Assembly (NCBI GenBank): GCA_951812955.1
Contig: OX638340.1
Location: 3,616,001 to 3,680,000, forward strand
Source: an uncultured Gemmatimonadota bacterium
Lineage (GTDB): Bacteria; JAAXHH01
Length of the DNA: 64,000 bases
Direction: 5' to 3'
Part shown: positions 17,121-25,787 of the stretch, in pieces
Numbering within the stretch: position 1 is the first letter of the stretch
Layout: every line of letters starts with the position of its first letter
Translations under genes and position numbers: made by a program
Notes under the pieces: generated by a model
The model's database searches: none
What the model was told of the DNA's origin: nothing
Seen by the model: only the letters and a program-made list of their open reading frames with translations

Positions 17121-17936
17121 TCAGCGTCCGGCCAGGTCGTCTCCGAGGTCGGTTGCGTCCACTTTGCCTTTCTCCAGGCTCACGCCGACGACGAAGAGCT
17201 CGAGGTCATCGTCCGTATGGTTGTAGATTCCGTGAGCACTGCCCAGGTTATTCAGAATGGCGTCCCCGCGGACGACCTCCTCGGTCTCGCCGTCCACCGT
17301 GATCCGGCCCCGGCCGTTCATGATCATGTAGGCTTCGTCCACGATCTCGTGCCGGTGGTAGCCCACGGAAGTACCCGGCGGCAGTAGGATATGGCAGAGG
17401 TATTCGAAATTTGTCGTGAAATCCCGACTTCCCCATACCTCCCGGAAAAGCACTTCGCCCTTTCCACCGTGATGCCGCCGGGGCTTCAGTAAGGCGCGGT
17501 TGAACCGTCCCACGGGCAATCGATCAGCGGACTCCAGCTTGACCTCTATGCGCGGGTCGTCGAAATCCTCGCACATCGGGGTGCGGGTGGGGTCCACACA
17601 GTGGAAGTTGAAGAACCAGGTATCCTGGTCCGAGTGGTTGTAGATGCCGTGGGATTCACCCGAGCGGAGGGGCACCGCCGCGCCGCCGTCGACTTCGGTC
17701 GTGCGGCCGTTGTGGGTGAACTGCATGGCGTTGTCGATGGTGACGAAGATCTCTTCCGAGTGGATGTGCGTGTGTTGCCCGATGCCGCTGCCGGGCGGGA
17801 AGATGACAGAGTGGATGAACGACCAGGGAGACTTGAACGCCGTCGCATCGAACCCCGGGTTGAAATAGCTCGCCGCGGCGCCGCCGTGGCTGACGCCCAA
17901 TCTCATCTCTTCGCGCCTTGTATGGGTTATCCGCAT
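17121..17936 (-). CDS. Bicupin protein
   Basis: Two cupin metal motifs are present: GIGQHTHIHSEEIFVTIDN and SVGYHRHEIVDEAYMIMNGRG. Confidence 0.6.
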   Translation of the reverse strand: MRITHTRREEMRLGVSHGGAAASYFNPGFDATAFKSPWSFIHSVIFPPGSGIGQHTHIHSEEIFVTIDNAMQFTHNGRTTEVDGGAAVPLRSGESHGIYNHSDQDTWFFNFHCVDPTRTPMCEDFDDPRIEVKLESADRLPVGRFNRALLKPRRHHGGKGEVLFREVWGSRDFTTNFEYLCHILLPPGTSVGYHRHEIVDEAYMIMNGRGRITVDGETEEVVRGDAILNNLGSAHGIYNHTDDDLELFVVGVSLEKGKVDATDLGDDLAGR

Positions 17937-17993
17937 GCGGACCGCTCCGGACTCCCCGACGATGGCATCATCCGGGGTGTATCTGTACCAAAG

Positions 17994-18794
17994 CTAAAGG
18001 GCGACTTCCTCGACAGGCTGCGTGCCGGTCTCGTAGGCGGGCCGCCACCGGTCGTGGGCCATGGACTCCTCCTCGCTGAGCCCGCACAGCCAGTTCCAGG
18101 TGTGGATGCGGCGTCTCAGGTCCCGGTAGGATTCCACTCCACTCGTGTATGGCGCGGCCGGCCGGTCGCGGTACACGGGGATTTCTTCCGAATCGATGAG
18201 CCAGTCGCGCTGCGGCGGTGCATTGCGGAAGTAGGAGAATTTGATCATGCTGCGGGGCTTGTGATTGAGCTTCGGGCCCGCCCGGTGCCAGATGCCGTAC
18301 CGGGTGATGGCCACGGTGCCGGCCTTCACTACGAGCGAAAGCTGGCCCGTGAGATCGCCGTAGTGGGCGAGGGCGTCGCGGTTGACCGCCCGGCAGTGGG
18401 AACCGGGCAGGATCATGGTCGGCCCGTCTTCGATCCCCACGTCCTGCGGATAATAGTAGCACTGGAGTTCGTTGATCTCGTAACCCTGGCCGGAAATGCC
18501 GTCCGAATGCCAGTCCTGACCCGCGACGGGCTCGTTTATGAGGTGGTGATGGCCGCCCGTCGGCATCAGGAAGTTGGCACCGAGCAGCGAACGTATCACG
18601 CCTGCCAGCCGCGGATGGAGCAGGACTTCGCGGACGAAATCCGGTGAACCGACCAGTTCCTTCGCGCGGCCGACCTTGACGTTGCGGCACTGCGCGTTGA
18701 AACCGGGATCCACCATTTCTTCAAGCACCGCGTAACCCTTCGCCACGAAATCCATCACGTCGTCGTCGGTCATTGTCGGTCTGATCTCCGCCAT
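17994..18794 (-). CDS. PhyH-family dioxygenase (paralog 3)
   Basis: It has QDWHSDG (HxD), DVGIEDGPTMILPGSH and a distal GIWHRAG. Confidence 0.75.
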   Translation of the reverse strand: MAEIRPTMTDDDVMDFVAKGYAVLEEMVDPGFNAQCRNVKVGRAKELVGSPDFVREVLLHPRLAGVIRSLLGANFLMPTGGHHHLINEPVAGQDWHSDGISGQGYEINELQCYYYPQDVGIEDGPTMILPGSHCRAVNRDALAHYGDLTGQLSLVVKAGTVAITRYGIWHRAGPKLNHKPRSMIKFSYFRNAPPQRDWLIDSEEIPVYRDRPAAPYTSGVESYRDLRRRIHTWNWLCGLSEEESMAHDRWRPAYETGTQPVEEVAL

Positions 18795-18806
18795 CGCAGC
18801 GCCTCC

Positions 18807-19235
18807 TCAGTTCCACTTCTCGAGTATGAAATCGAAACCCACGTAGTCGTTTTCCAGGTCCTTGTACTCGTACAGCTTGGGGATGGGGTACTGCACCACG
18901 CGCCACCCGTCGGCAACGGCCTCCAGCACGGAGTCGTACGGCGGCTCGTCGCCCGGCAGTCTCAGCACGGGCTTCTCGCCGGGAACGAATACCACCCAGC
19001 CCACGATCCCGGACCGCATATTGGTCGACCGTGCGGTCAGGTACATGATCTTCGGCCGGGGCGGGTTTTCCAAGAACGATTCCAGCTTGTCCAGGTCCCG
19101 TTCTTCCAGTGCGCCGTTTTCGAGTTTCCCGCGGCTTTCAGCGATCCACTGCCTGATTTCCGATTGCATTTCGTGATGTCCCTTTGCCGAGTCTGACGTC
19201 GCGGACAATACAGATGCTAAAGGTGTAATGTACAA
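18807..19235 (-). CDS. Hypothetical protein, first gene of the minus-strand PhyH/cupin operon
   Basis: It is co-oriented with the next gene and 12 nt upstream of it. I recognise no motif. An internal ATG at 19169 (MQSEIRQW) is an alternative start. Confidence 0.4.
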   Translation of the reverse strand: MYITPLASVLSATSDSAKGHHEMQSEIRQWIAESRGKLENGALEERDLDKLESFLENPPRPKIMYLTARSTNMRSGIVGWVVFVPGEKPVLRLPGDEPPYDSVLEAVADGWRVVQYPIPKLYEYKDLENDYVGFDFILEKWN

Positions 19236-19533
19236 GGCGTTCTGATTATCGATGTCAGGAGTACGAATGCTCCTGCAATGGTACAGAGGCTACCGGTACC
19301 GTGTCAAGCAGGAATGAACCGTCTTTTTTGAAGGTGGTTTCGGCATGGAAGCCGCTGGTCTTGACAGCGTCCGGCACGCCGCTTAAGTTGCCTTCTGACG
19401 GTCATCGAAATGCGATCATCCAGGTCATTCAGTTCATTCCGACCAGCTGAACAGCGTGCGCAATTCGGGCAGAAACTTCCGGTCCGTCGATTTCCCGTTA
19501 CCAATTTCGATTCTCAGTTTAAAGGTATTCTAT

Positions 19534-20283
19534 ATGTCCCACGCGCAACCCCTGAATGCCCAGCAGATCGCCTACTTCAAGCTAAACGGCTACCTGGTCC
19601 TGAAGAACGTTTTCGACGAGGGAACCCTGGAGGCATGGCGGCGGCAGATCTGGCGGGCGCTCGATGGCTGCCTCGAAGATCCCGCGACCTGGCCCAGGGA
19701 AACGAGCGGTCTAGACGGGTACGATTACGATCCGCCCGAATCGGCCCTTGTGCACCATCCACAGATGATGGCGATCATCGACCAGCTCAGCGGGGGAACT
19801 TTCGTCGCTGGCGACGGCATTCCGATCATTCGGTGGCCCGATCCAGGAAAGTCCTGGGAAATGCCCCAAACGGGACATATCGATGCCTACGGGGGACGCT
19901 GGCTGCCCTTCATGATCGGCGCGACGACCTACCTGTACGACGTGGAACCCGGCGGCGGAGCCTTGATCTACTGGCCGGGAAGCCACCACGCCGCTCACCG
20001 GTACTTTCTCGAGCATCCCTCGCATGTCGACGGCAGCTTCCTGGAGATCGAGGGGTTTTCGTGGGACGTGTTCTGCGACAACCCGGCCACCGGCGGCCAG
20101 GAGTTTACCGCGAAGGCCGGCGACGTGGTGCTCTGGCATGCCTACCTGACCCACAACGGATCGGAAAATACCAGTCATTCGCCGCGCTTCGCCCTCTTCG
20201 CACGCTGGAACCATGAGAAACACCTGGAGCAGTCCTTCAGATACGAGATCCCCGAGGATCTGTGGAAGTATTGGGCGGTGTGA
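19534..20283 (+). CDS. PhyH-family dioxygenase (paralog 4)
   Basis: It begins MSHAQPLNAQQIAYFKLNGYLVLKNVF. It has TGHIDAYG (HxD), GGGALIYWPGSH and a distal YLTHNGSEN. The ORF-track N-extension from 19456 looks non-coding. Confidence 0.75.
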   Translation: MSHAQPLNAQQIAYFKLNGYLVLKNVFDEGTLEAWRRQIWRALDGCLEDPATWPRETSGLDGYDYDPPESALVHHPQMMAIIDQLSGGTFVAGDGIPIIRWPDPGKSWEMPQTGHIDAYGGRWLPFMIGATTYLYDVEPGGGALIYWPGSHHAAHRYFLEHPSHVDGSFLEIEGFSWDVFCDNPATGGQEFTAKAGDVVLWHAYLTHNGSENTSHSPRFALFARWNHEKHLEQSFRYEIPEDLWKYWAV

Positions 20284-20452
20284 GAGAGAACGCCTAAACT
20301 GCGGTTGTTTGATAGAAAACCGTCGTCTCGTGTAATGAGGCATACCTTAGAGCTGAAGATCCGTACAGAGATTCCCGGTTCAAGCCGGTTCGCTGTCTCG
20401 CCGTCGACAATATGATTTCGAGAACAGTCGCTGTTCCCCGACTATACTGTCA

Positions 20453-20863
20453 ATGAGCTCAGTACCGGAACCGGATCAAGAGGAAGATCTTATGGGGAAA
20501 ATCATGAATGATTCCGCGAGCGTATCCGTTTTCGAGGTCGTTGGCAACGCTCTTTGCGTTGCTTCCGACGACGGCCAGAGAGTACACGACCGACTTTCGA
20601 CTGCATTGAAGGATAGCCGCCATGTGAATCTTTCTTTTCGCAACGTGACATCGCTTACTTCGGCTTTTCTGAACACCGCGGTCGGCCAATTGTATGGAAC
20701 CTTCAGCGAAGATCATATACGTACGCAGTTGAACATCGAAGAAATGTCCCTGGATGATCTGGTGTTACTCGAGCGTGTGGTCGACACAGCGAAGCAATAC
20801 TTCAAAGACCCTCAAAGATTCGAACAAGCGCTTCGTGAGGAAATGGATGACTATGACGACTGA
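20453..20863 (+). CDS. STAS-like domain protein (DUF4325-type)
   Basis: The pattern GQRVHDRLSTALKDSRHVNLSFRNVTSLTSAFLNTAVGQLYG matches what I recall for DUF4325 (x-V-x-LDF-x-GV...SSF). It has an acidic C-terminus. Confidence 0.5.
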   Translation: MSSVPEPDQEEDLMGKIMNDSASVSVFEVVGNALCVASDDGQRVHDRLSTALKDSRHVNLSFRNVTSLTSAFLNTAVGQLYGTFSEDHIRTQLNIEEMSLDDLVLLERVVDTAKQYFKDPQRFEQALREEMDDYDD

Positions 20864-21395
20864 TTCCAAGGCGCTCGCGGTGAATGAACACGAATTCAGT
20901 CGTAGAGATAGGTTGTTTCTTGATACTAATATCTGGTTGTATCTATTCGGTCCGCATAAACCCAAGGCAAGAGCGATCGACACGTATTCAAGTGTGCTTA
21001 AGCGGATTCTGGATGCGGGTAGCAGAATCTATATCGACGTTCTGATCGTTTCAGAGTTCATCAACGCATGCGCCAGGTTGAATTGGCATCTTGCAACAAA
21101 CAGGAAAATTGGTTTCAAAGCATTTCGAAATTCGTCATCTTTCAAATCAGTCGCCAGGTCGGTGTCAAGCGACGCCGCGCGGGTTATGTCCCACTGCTTG
21201 CGTGTGGAAAGTGGATTCTCGGACATGGCCGCGACCGAATTGCTCAATGAATTTGTCACCGGAAAATGCGACTTCAACGATCAAGTTATCATAAGACTCT
21301 GTAAAAAAGAAGAACTAACCCTGATTACACACGACGCCGATTTCAAAGGCGCGGGGATTCCGATTTTGACAGCGAACCATCGTCTTCTGAACTAA
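20847..21395 (+). CDS. PIN-domain nuclease (VapC-like)
   Basis: It overlaps the upstream gene by 17 nt (or 11 nt if it starts at 20853). The acidic triad candidates are LFLDTNIWLYLF, VLIVSEFINA and LITHDADF. Confidence 0.65.
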   Translation: MTMTTDSKALAVNEHEFSRRDRLFLDTNIWLYLFGPHKPKARAIDTYSSVLKRILDAGSRIYIDVLIVSEFINACARLNWHLATNRKIGFKAFRNSSSFKSVARSVSSDAARVMSHCLRVESGFSDMAATELLNEFVTGKCDFNDQVIIRLCKKEELTLITHDADFKGAGIPILTANHRLLN

Positions 21396-21399
21396 TCCC

Positions 21400-22227
21400 A
21401 TGCCCGCCTACCCCCGCTACCTCACCAAAGCTCAATTGGAGCAGTTCTGGTCCGACGGCTACCTGGTTTTGAAAGGCACGCTGGATCAAGAAGTGGTAGA
21501 AAAAGCCCGCGAATTCCTGCTGGACCTGATCCCGCGGGACCTGGTCATCCCGGACCACTACCACGCGAACCACGGCCGGTTCAAGCCCCACCACCCCGAC
21601 GGGAATGGCAGCTTTTTTGAACCTGCGATGCTGCCCCTGATGCAGAACGAAGCACTTTACGGCGCTGCCGTGGATATACTGGAGACAGAATACATCCGGG
21701 TGTGGGACGGTTCGGCGGGGATAACGCTAAGAAACCGCGCCATGGAAGGACGGCTCCAGAACCTCCACCTCGACGCTGTACCGGGAGGGCCCGAAGACCT
21801 GAATGAGGGGTTCCTTCGCACGGGAATAGGTATCGGCGGATGTTATTACCTGAACAAGGTTGAAGGTGAGGGCGGCGGCATCCACGTGGTTCCCGGCGGG
21901 CCGAACCGGGTGAGGGATATCATGCTTAACGAACCGGACGGTCTGACGCGCAACAACGGCTGGGGTCATATCACCGATTTTTCGTCGTCCATGGAGGTAA
22001 CCGGTGATGCCGGCGATTTCGTGCTGATGCATCACCTGATGCCCCACTCGGCCAGCGCCAATCACAACGCCGCGCCACGGATCGCCCAGTTCACCCGTCT
22101 GCAGGCCCTGACGGACGATGACGCCCGCCTCGCTCCGGGTCCCGACCGACCCCTGGACCCCGCAGCGCTTGGCGCCCTGACACCCCTGGGACGCAAACTG
22201 TTCCGCCTGGCCCCGTGGATCGGGTAA
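21400..22227 (+). CDS. PhyH-family dioxygenase (paralog 5)
   Basis: It has LTKAQLEQFWSDGYLVLKG, NLHLDAV (HxD), GGGIHVVPGG and a distal LMPHSASAN. Confidence 0.7.
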   Translation: MPAYPRYLTKAQLEQFWSDGYLVLKGTLDQEVVEKAREFLLDLIPRDLVIPDHYHANHGRFKPHHPDGNGSFFEPAMLPLMQNEALYGAAVDILETEYIRVWDGSAGITLRNRAMEGRLQNLHLDAVPGGPEDLNEGFLRTGIGIGGCYYLNKVEGEGGGIHVVPGGPNRVRDIMLNEPDGLTRNNGWGHITDFSSSMEVTGDAGDFVLMHHLMPHSASANHNAAPRIAQFTRLQALTDDDARLAPGPDRPLDPAALGALTPLGRKLFRLAPWIG

Positions 22228-22242
22228 TTTGTAGTTCCGCAA

Positions 22243-24216
22243 TTGGAACGGACGTACTCCATGTCCTCTGAACCTCCCCGGTCCCGTGGCCCTTCGGCCA
22301 TATCCCTGCGGGCCGGGATCATCGGGCTCGCGCTCTCCGCCGTGGTGGCTTTCTGGGGCCAGTTCGCCGCCGATCACGCCGGTTACAACTATACCACCTA
22401 CGCCCATATCCCCTCGGCGCTGCTGATCCCCTTCCTGATCCTGATCCTGGGTCCCCACGTCCTGCTCAAGAGGCTGGCGCCCGGGTACGCCCTGACGACT
22501 TCCGAGCTGATCGTGATTTTCGTCATGGGCCTGATCGGTTCGATGGTGCCCGACTGGGGCATGACGAGATACCTGGTCTCCCTCATCACGGGGCCCTTCT
22601 ACCATGCGAGTCCCGAGAACCGCTGGGCGGAGACTTTTTTCGAGACCTTGCCCGGGTGGCTCGTGATCAGCGGCAAGACGGACGCGGTACGGGTTTTCTA
22701 CGAAGGCGCCGCGCCGGGTTACCGGATCCCGTGGATGGCCTGGATCTCGCCCCTGCTGTGGTGGATGTCGTGTTTCGCCGCCCTGATGTGGACGGGCGCA
22801 TGCATCGTGGTCATCCTGCGAAAGCAATGGGTCAGCCACGAAAGGCTGCGCTTTCCCCTGGGGGAGGTATCGCTCAACCTGATGGGCGTGGCGAAGGACC
22901 CGAACGAGCCGCCCATGGTCCGCACGACTGCCTTTCGTATCGGCGCCGGCCTGTCGCTGGCCGTCGTGTGCTGGAACATCGCCTCCTACTGGGACATCGT
23001 TACCCCTATCCCCATCATGGGGCCGGACCTGCTGTATCTGAAGGTCCATCCGTCGATACCGGATCTTCCCATCCGGCTGAATGTCTTCGTACTGTGTTTC
23101 GCTTTCTTCATAAACGCCGAGATCCTGTTCAGCCTGTGTTTCTTCCTGCTCTTCACCACGCTGCAGCGGGGGCTGATGAACATGCTCGGGATCACGGCGG
23201 CCACGACCATGTCTCCTACCGGGCTCGTGGGCACCCAGTCCATCGGTGCCCTGATCGCCCTGGTGGTGTGGGGATTGTGGATGGCCCGTCGTCACCTGGC
23301 CGGTGTGGCCCGGCGGGCGTTTCGAAAGGATCCGTCGATCGATGACAGCAGTGAGTTCTTCTCGTACCGGGTGGCGGTTTTCGGATTGATCTTCGGCATG
23401 CTCTACCTGCTGGCATGGCTTTACAGCATCGGCATGTCGCTGCCCGTCAGCCTTGTCCTCCTGGCCGTACTCTTCATCGTCTACATCGGAATGGCCCGGA
23501 TCGTTGCGGAGGCGGGTCTGGTCGCCATGGACCTGCCGGTAACAGCCAACAACTTCACCGGGGGCATTATCGGCGCCGACAACCTGGACCCGTCCTCGAT
23601 CACCGCTATGGGCATGACGAACGCCTTCGCCCGGAACTGGCGGACCTTTACGATGATCGGGCTGTCTCACGCCGCCTACCTGCAGCGCTGGATGGGGCCG
23701 TCCACCCGGCACCTCTTCCTCTGGATCTGCCTGGCCTTCGCCGTCAGTGTCGTAACTTCCCTCTACTACTACATCAGCGCGGGTTATGCAGTCGGCGCCG
23801 ATAATCTGCTGTCCAAGCCCGGCGACCTCGTACCCTTCTTCTACAACACGATCATGACGTGGAACAGCAGCGCAAGCAGTGTCTCGGAACTGGAACTGAT
23901 CTTCTTCGGGAACGGTATCGTCCTGTACATGCTGATGATCCTCGGACGCTTCATGTTTCTCTGGTGGCCGCTGCATCCCATCGGCCTGGTCGCCGTGGCC
24001 GCGGACACCGTGCGGTTCATGTTCCTACCCTTCCTGCTGGCCTGGCTCGTCCAGGTAATCCTGCTGCGCCTGGGTGGAGGAGCCCTTTACCGCAGAGCGC
24101 AGCCCCTGTTTCTCGGCATCCTGGTTGGATATGTCCTTGGGATGGCCCTCTCATTCCTGGTGGACAGCCTGTGGTTTCCGGCCGCACCGCACCAGTTCGA
24201 ATCCTTTATCAACTGA
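22243..24216 (+). CDS. Large polytopic membrane protein of uncharacterised family (paralog A), candidate transporter
   Basis: It is 657 aa with many hydrophobic segments throughout. It shares blocks with 28259-30250: RKQWVSHERLRFPL, WWPLHPIGL and LLRLGGGALYRRAQP. From memory it may be DUF6785/DUF6784-type; not verified. Confidence 0.7.
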   Translation: MERTYSMSSEPPRSRGPSAISLRAGIIGLALSAVVAFWGQFAADHAGYNYTTYAHIPSALLIPFLILILGPHVLLKRLAPGYALTTSELIVIFVMGLIGSMVPDWGMTRYLVSLITGPFYHASPENRWAETFFETLPGWLVISGKTDAVRVFYEGAAPGYRIPWMAWISPLLWWMSCFAALMWTGACIVVILRKQWVSHERLRFPLGEVSLNLMGVAKDPNEPPMVRTTAFRIGAGLSLAVVCWNIASYWDIVTPIPIMGPDLLYLKVHPSIPDLPIRLNVFVLCFAFFINAEILFSLCFFLLFTTLQRGLMNMLGITAATTMSPTGLVGTQSIGALIALVVWGLWMARRHLAGVARRAFRKDPSIDDSSEFFSYRVAVFGLIFGMLYLLAWLYSIGMSLPVSLVLLAVLFIVYIGMARIVAEAGLVAMDLPVTANNFTGGIIGADNLDPSSITAMGMTNAFARNWRTFTMIGLSHAAYLQRWMGPSTRHLFLWICLAFAVSVVTSLYYYISAGYAVGADNLLSKPGDLVPFFYNTIMTWNSSASSVSELELIFFGNGIVLYMLMILGRFMFLWWPLHPIGLVAVAADTVRFMFLPFLLAWLVQVILLRLGGGALYRRAQPLFLGILVGYVLGMALSFLVDSLWFPAAPHQFESFIN

Positions 24217-24310
24217 GTACTACCCTCATAAACTCACCAGAACACAGGATCGCGGAACCGTAAATGAAGCCCTGATATCGAAACCGTAAAAGAACGTCTG
24301 ACGAAAGTTC

Positions 24311-24368
24311 GCAATCATCCGAAACGGAAGCGAGACGCAATCATCCGAAACGGAAGCGAGACGCAACC
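24311..24368 (+). repeat. Perfect 26-nt tandem duplication (2 full copies plus a partial third) forming the 5' leader of the sulfatase gene
   Basis: gcaatcatccgaaacggaagcgagac occurs at 24311-24336 and 24337-24362. A third partial copy, gcaaCcatgg, contains the ATG at 24369. Confidence 0.9.
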
Positions 24369-25733
24369 ATGGCCACGAAATCCGGACGCCCCAATCTCCT
24401 GTTTATCATGGACGACCAGCACCGGCACGACTACCTGTCCGCGGCGGGAGCGACCTTCGTGCGCACGCCGAACCTGGACTGTTTGGCGGAACGCGGGGTC
24501 CGATTCAGCCAGTGCATAACCAACGCCCCGGTCTGCGCGCCCGCGCGCATCGGCCTGGCCAGCGGCTACCAGCCCGCGCGGCTGGGGTGCCTGGACAACA
24601 ACTGCTACCTGCCCCGCCATATCACGCCCTATTACGTCCGGCTTCGGGACGCGGGATACCGGGTCGGGTGCGTGGGGAAACTCGACCTGGCCAAGCCGGA
24701 TCCCTACAACGGCCGCCACGGCGACCGAGCCCGGGTGTTCGGTTGGGGTTTCACCCATCCCGTGGAATGCGAAGGCAAGATGCACGCGGGCATGGCGGAC
24801 CAGCCGCGGGGACCTTATGGATTCTGGCTTCAGGAGCAGGGACTCTTCGAACGCTTCCGGACGGATTACGCGGCCCGGGGAGCGCGGGGCTGGATCGAGG
24901 GTGCTTCCCATGATTCTATATTGCCTGAGGACGCTTTCGAGGATGCCTACATTGGCCGCCGCGCCGTGGAATGGATGGACACCGTCCCCGACGATTACCC
25001 GTGGCATCTCTTCGTCAGCTTCGTGGGGCCGCACGATCCCTTCGATCCGCCTACGTCATACGCGGAACGATACCGGGGCGCTGCCGTGCCGCCGGCAATA
25101 CGAAGCAACGAAGAGGGGAAGCCGTCCTGGGTCAACGCCCGTCGGCGCGACCTGTCCGAAGATGAAGTGGCAGTTACGCGCCGGCAGTATTGCGCGGTCA
25201 TCGAACTGATCGACGACCAGGTAGGCCGGATCATCGAAGCCGTAGAACGGCGGGGCATGGCGGAGGATACCATCGTCGTGTTCGCCAGCGACCACGGCGA
25301 AATGCTGGGCGACCATGGCCTGTACACCAAATCCGTTCCCTACGAGGTGGCCCTGCGCGTGCCGCTCATTGCCGCTGGACCAGGCATAGCGGGAGGGCGT
25401 ACTTCCGACGCCCTCGTGGAACTGATCGACGTCAATCCGACCCTGTGCGGTCTGGCGGGTCTGCCCGCCCAGGAAGGGCTCGACGCCAGCGACTTCAGCG
25501 CCGTGCTCACCGGGGATCGTTCGACCCACCGCGAGGAAGCGGCCAGCGCGCTTCGCGAATTCCGGCTCGTACGCACGGCGGATCACAAGCTTGTGGTGCA
25601 CCACACGGGTGAAACGGAGCTATACGACCTGAAAAACGATCCTGAAGAGCTTGAAAACGTGGCGGCCGATCGGCCCGATGCGGTCAACGCGCTGCGAAGG
25701 CGTCTGCAGCGGCGATTTCACTTCCCGCCCTAA
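24369..25733 (+). CDS. Formylglycine-dependent sulfatase, no signal peptide
   Basis: It has PNLLFIMDDQHRHD and the CxPxR signature VCAPARIGLASG. The catalytic domain begins at about residue 8. Confidence 0.85.
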   Translation: MATKSGRPNLLFIMDDQHRHDYLSAAGATFVRTPNLDCLAERGVRFSQCITNAPVCAPARIGLASGYQPARLGCLDNNCYLPRHITPYYVRLRDAGYRVGCVGKLDLAKPDPYNGRHGDRARVFGWGFTHPVECEGKMHAGMADQPRGPYGFWLQEQGLFERFRTDYAARGARGWIEGASHDSILPEDAFEDAYIGRRAVEWMDTVPDDYPWHLFVSFVGPHDPFDPPTSYAERYRGAAVPPAIRSNEEGKPSWVNARRRDLSEDEVAVTRRQYCAVIELIDDQVGRIIEAVERRGMAEDTIVVFASDHGEMLGDHGLYTKSVPYEVALRVPLIAAGPGIAGGRTSDALVELIDVNPTLCGLAGLPAQEGLDASDFSAVLTGDRSTHREEAASALREFRLVRTADHKLVVHHTGETELYDLKNDPEELENVAADRPDAVNALRRRLQRRFHFPP

Positions 25734-25787
25734 CGCCGGCGATTTCACTTCCCGCCGTGACCCTCCGTGACCATGCCGGACATGCCG

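Larger units (their letters stand above)
20284..21399. other. Small lower-G+C insertion carrying the STAS-like/PIN gene pair, between two PhyH genes
   Basis: The composition is visibly AT-richer than the flanks. The PIN stop is only 4 nt from the next PhyH start. Confidence 0.5.

Noticed and set aside
20355-20390. tRNA T-arm-like sequence cccggttcaagccgg at the left edge of the STAS/PIN insertion, a possible tRNA-fragment att site
   Set aside because: Only a 4-bp stem with a 6-nt loop can form. I could not fold an acceptor, D or anticodon arm from the flanking sequence.
21727-23976. 749-aa minus-strand ORF antisense to the PhyH and membrane-protein genes
   Set aside because: It is highly charged, low-complexity sequence (D, E, R, G, H, Q) with no motifs. 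The plus-strand genes have clear family signatures and a paralog elsewhere. It is a shadow ORF.
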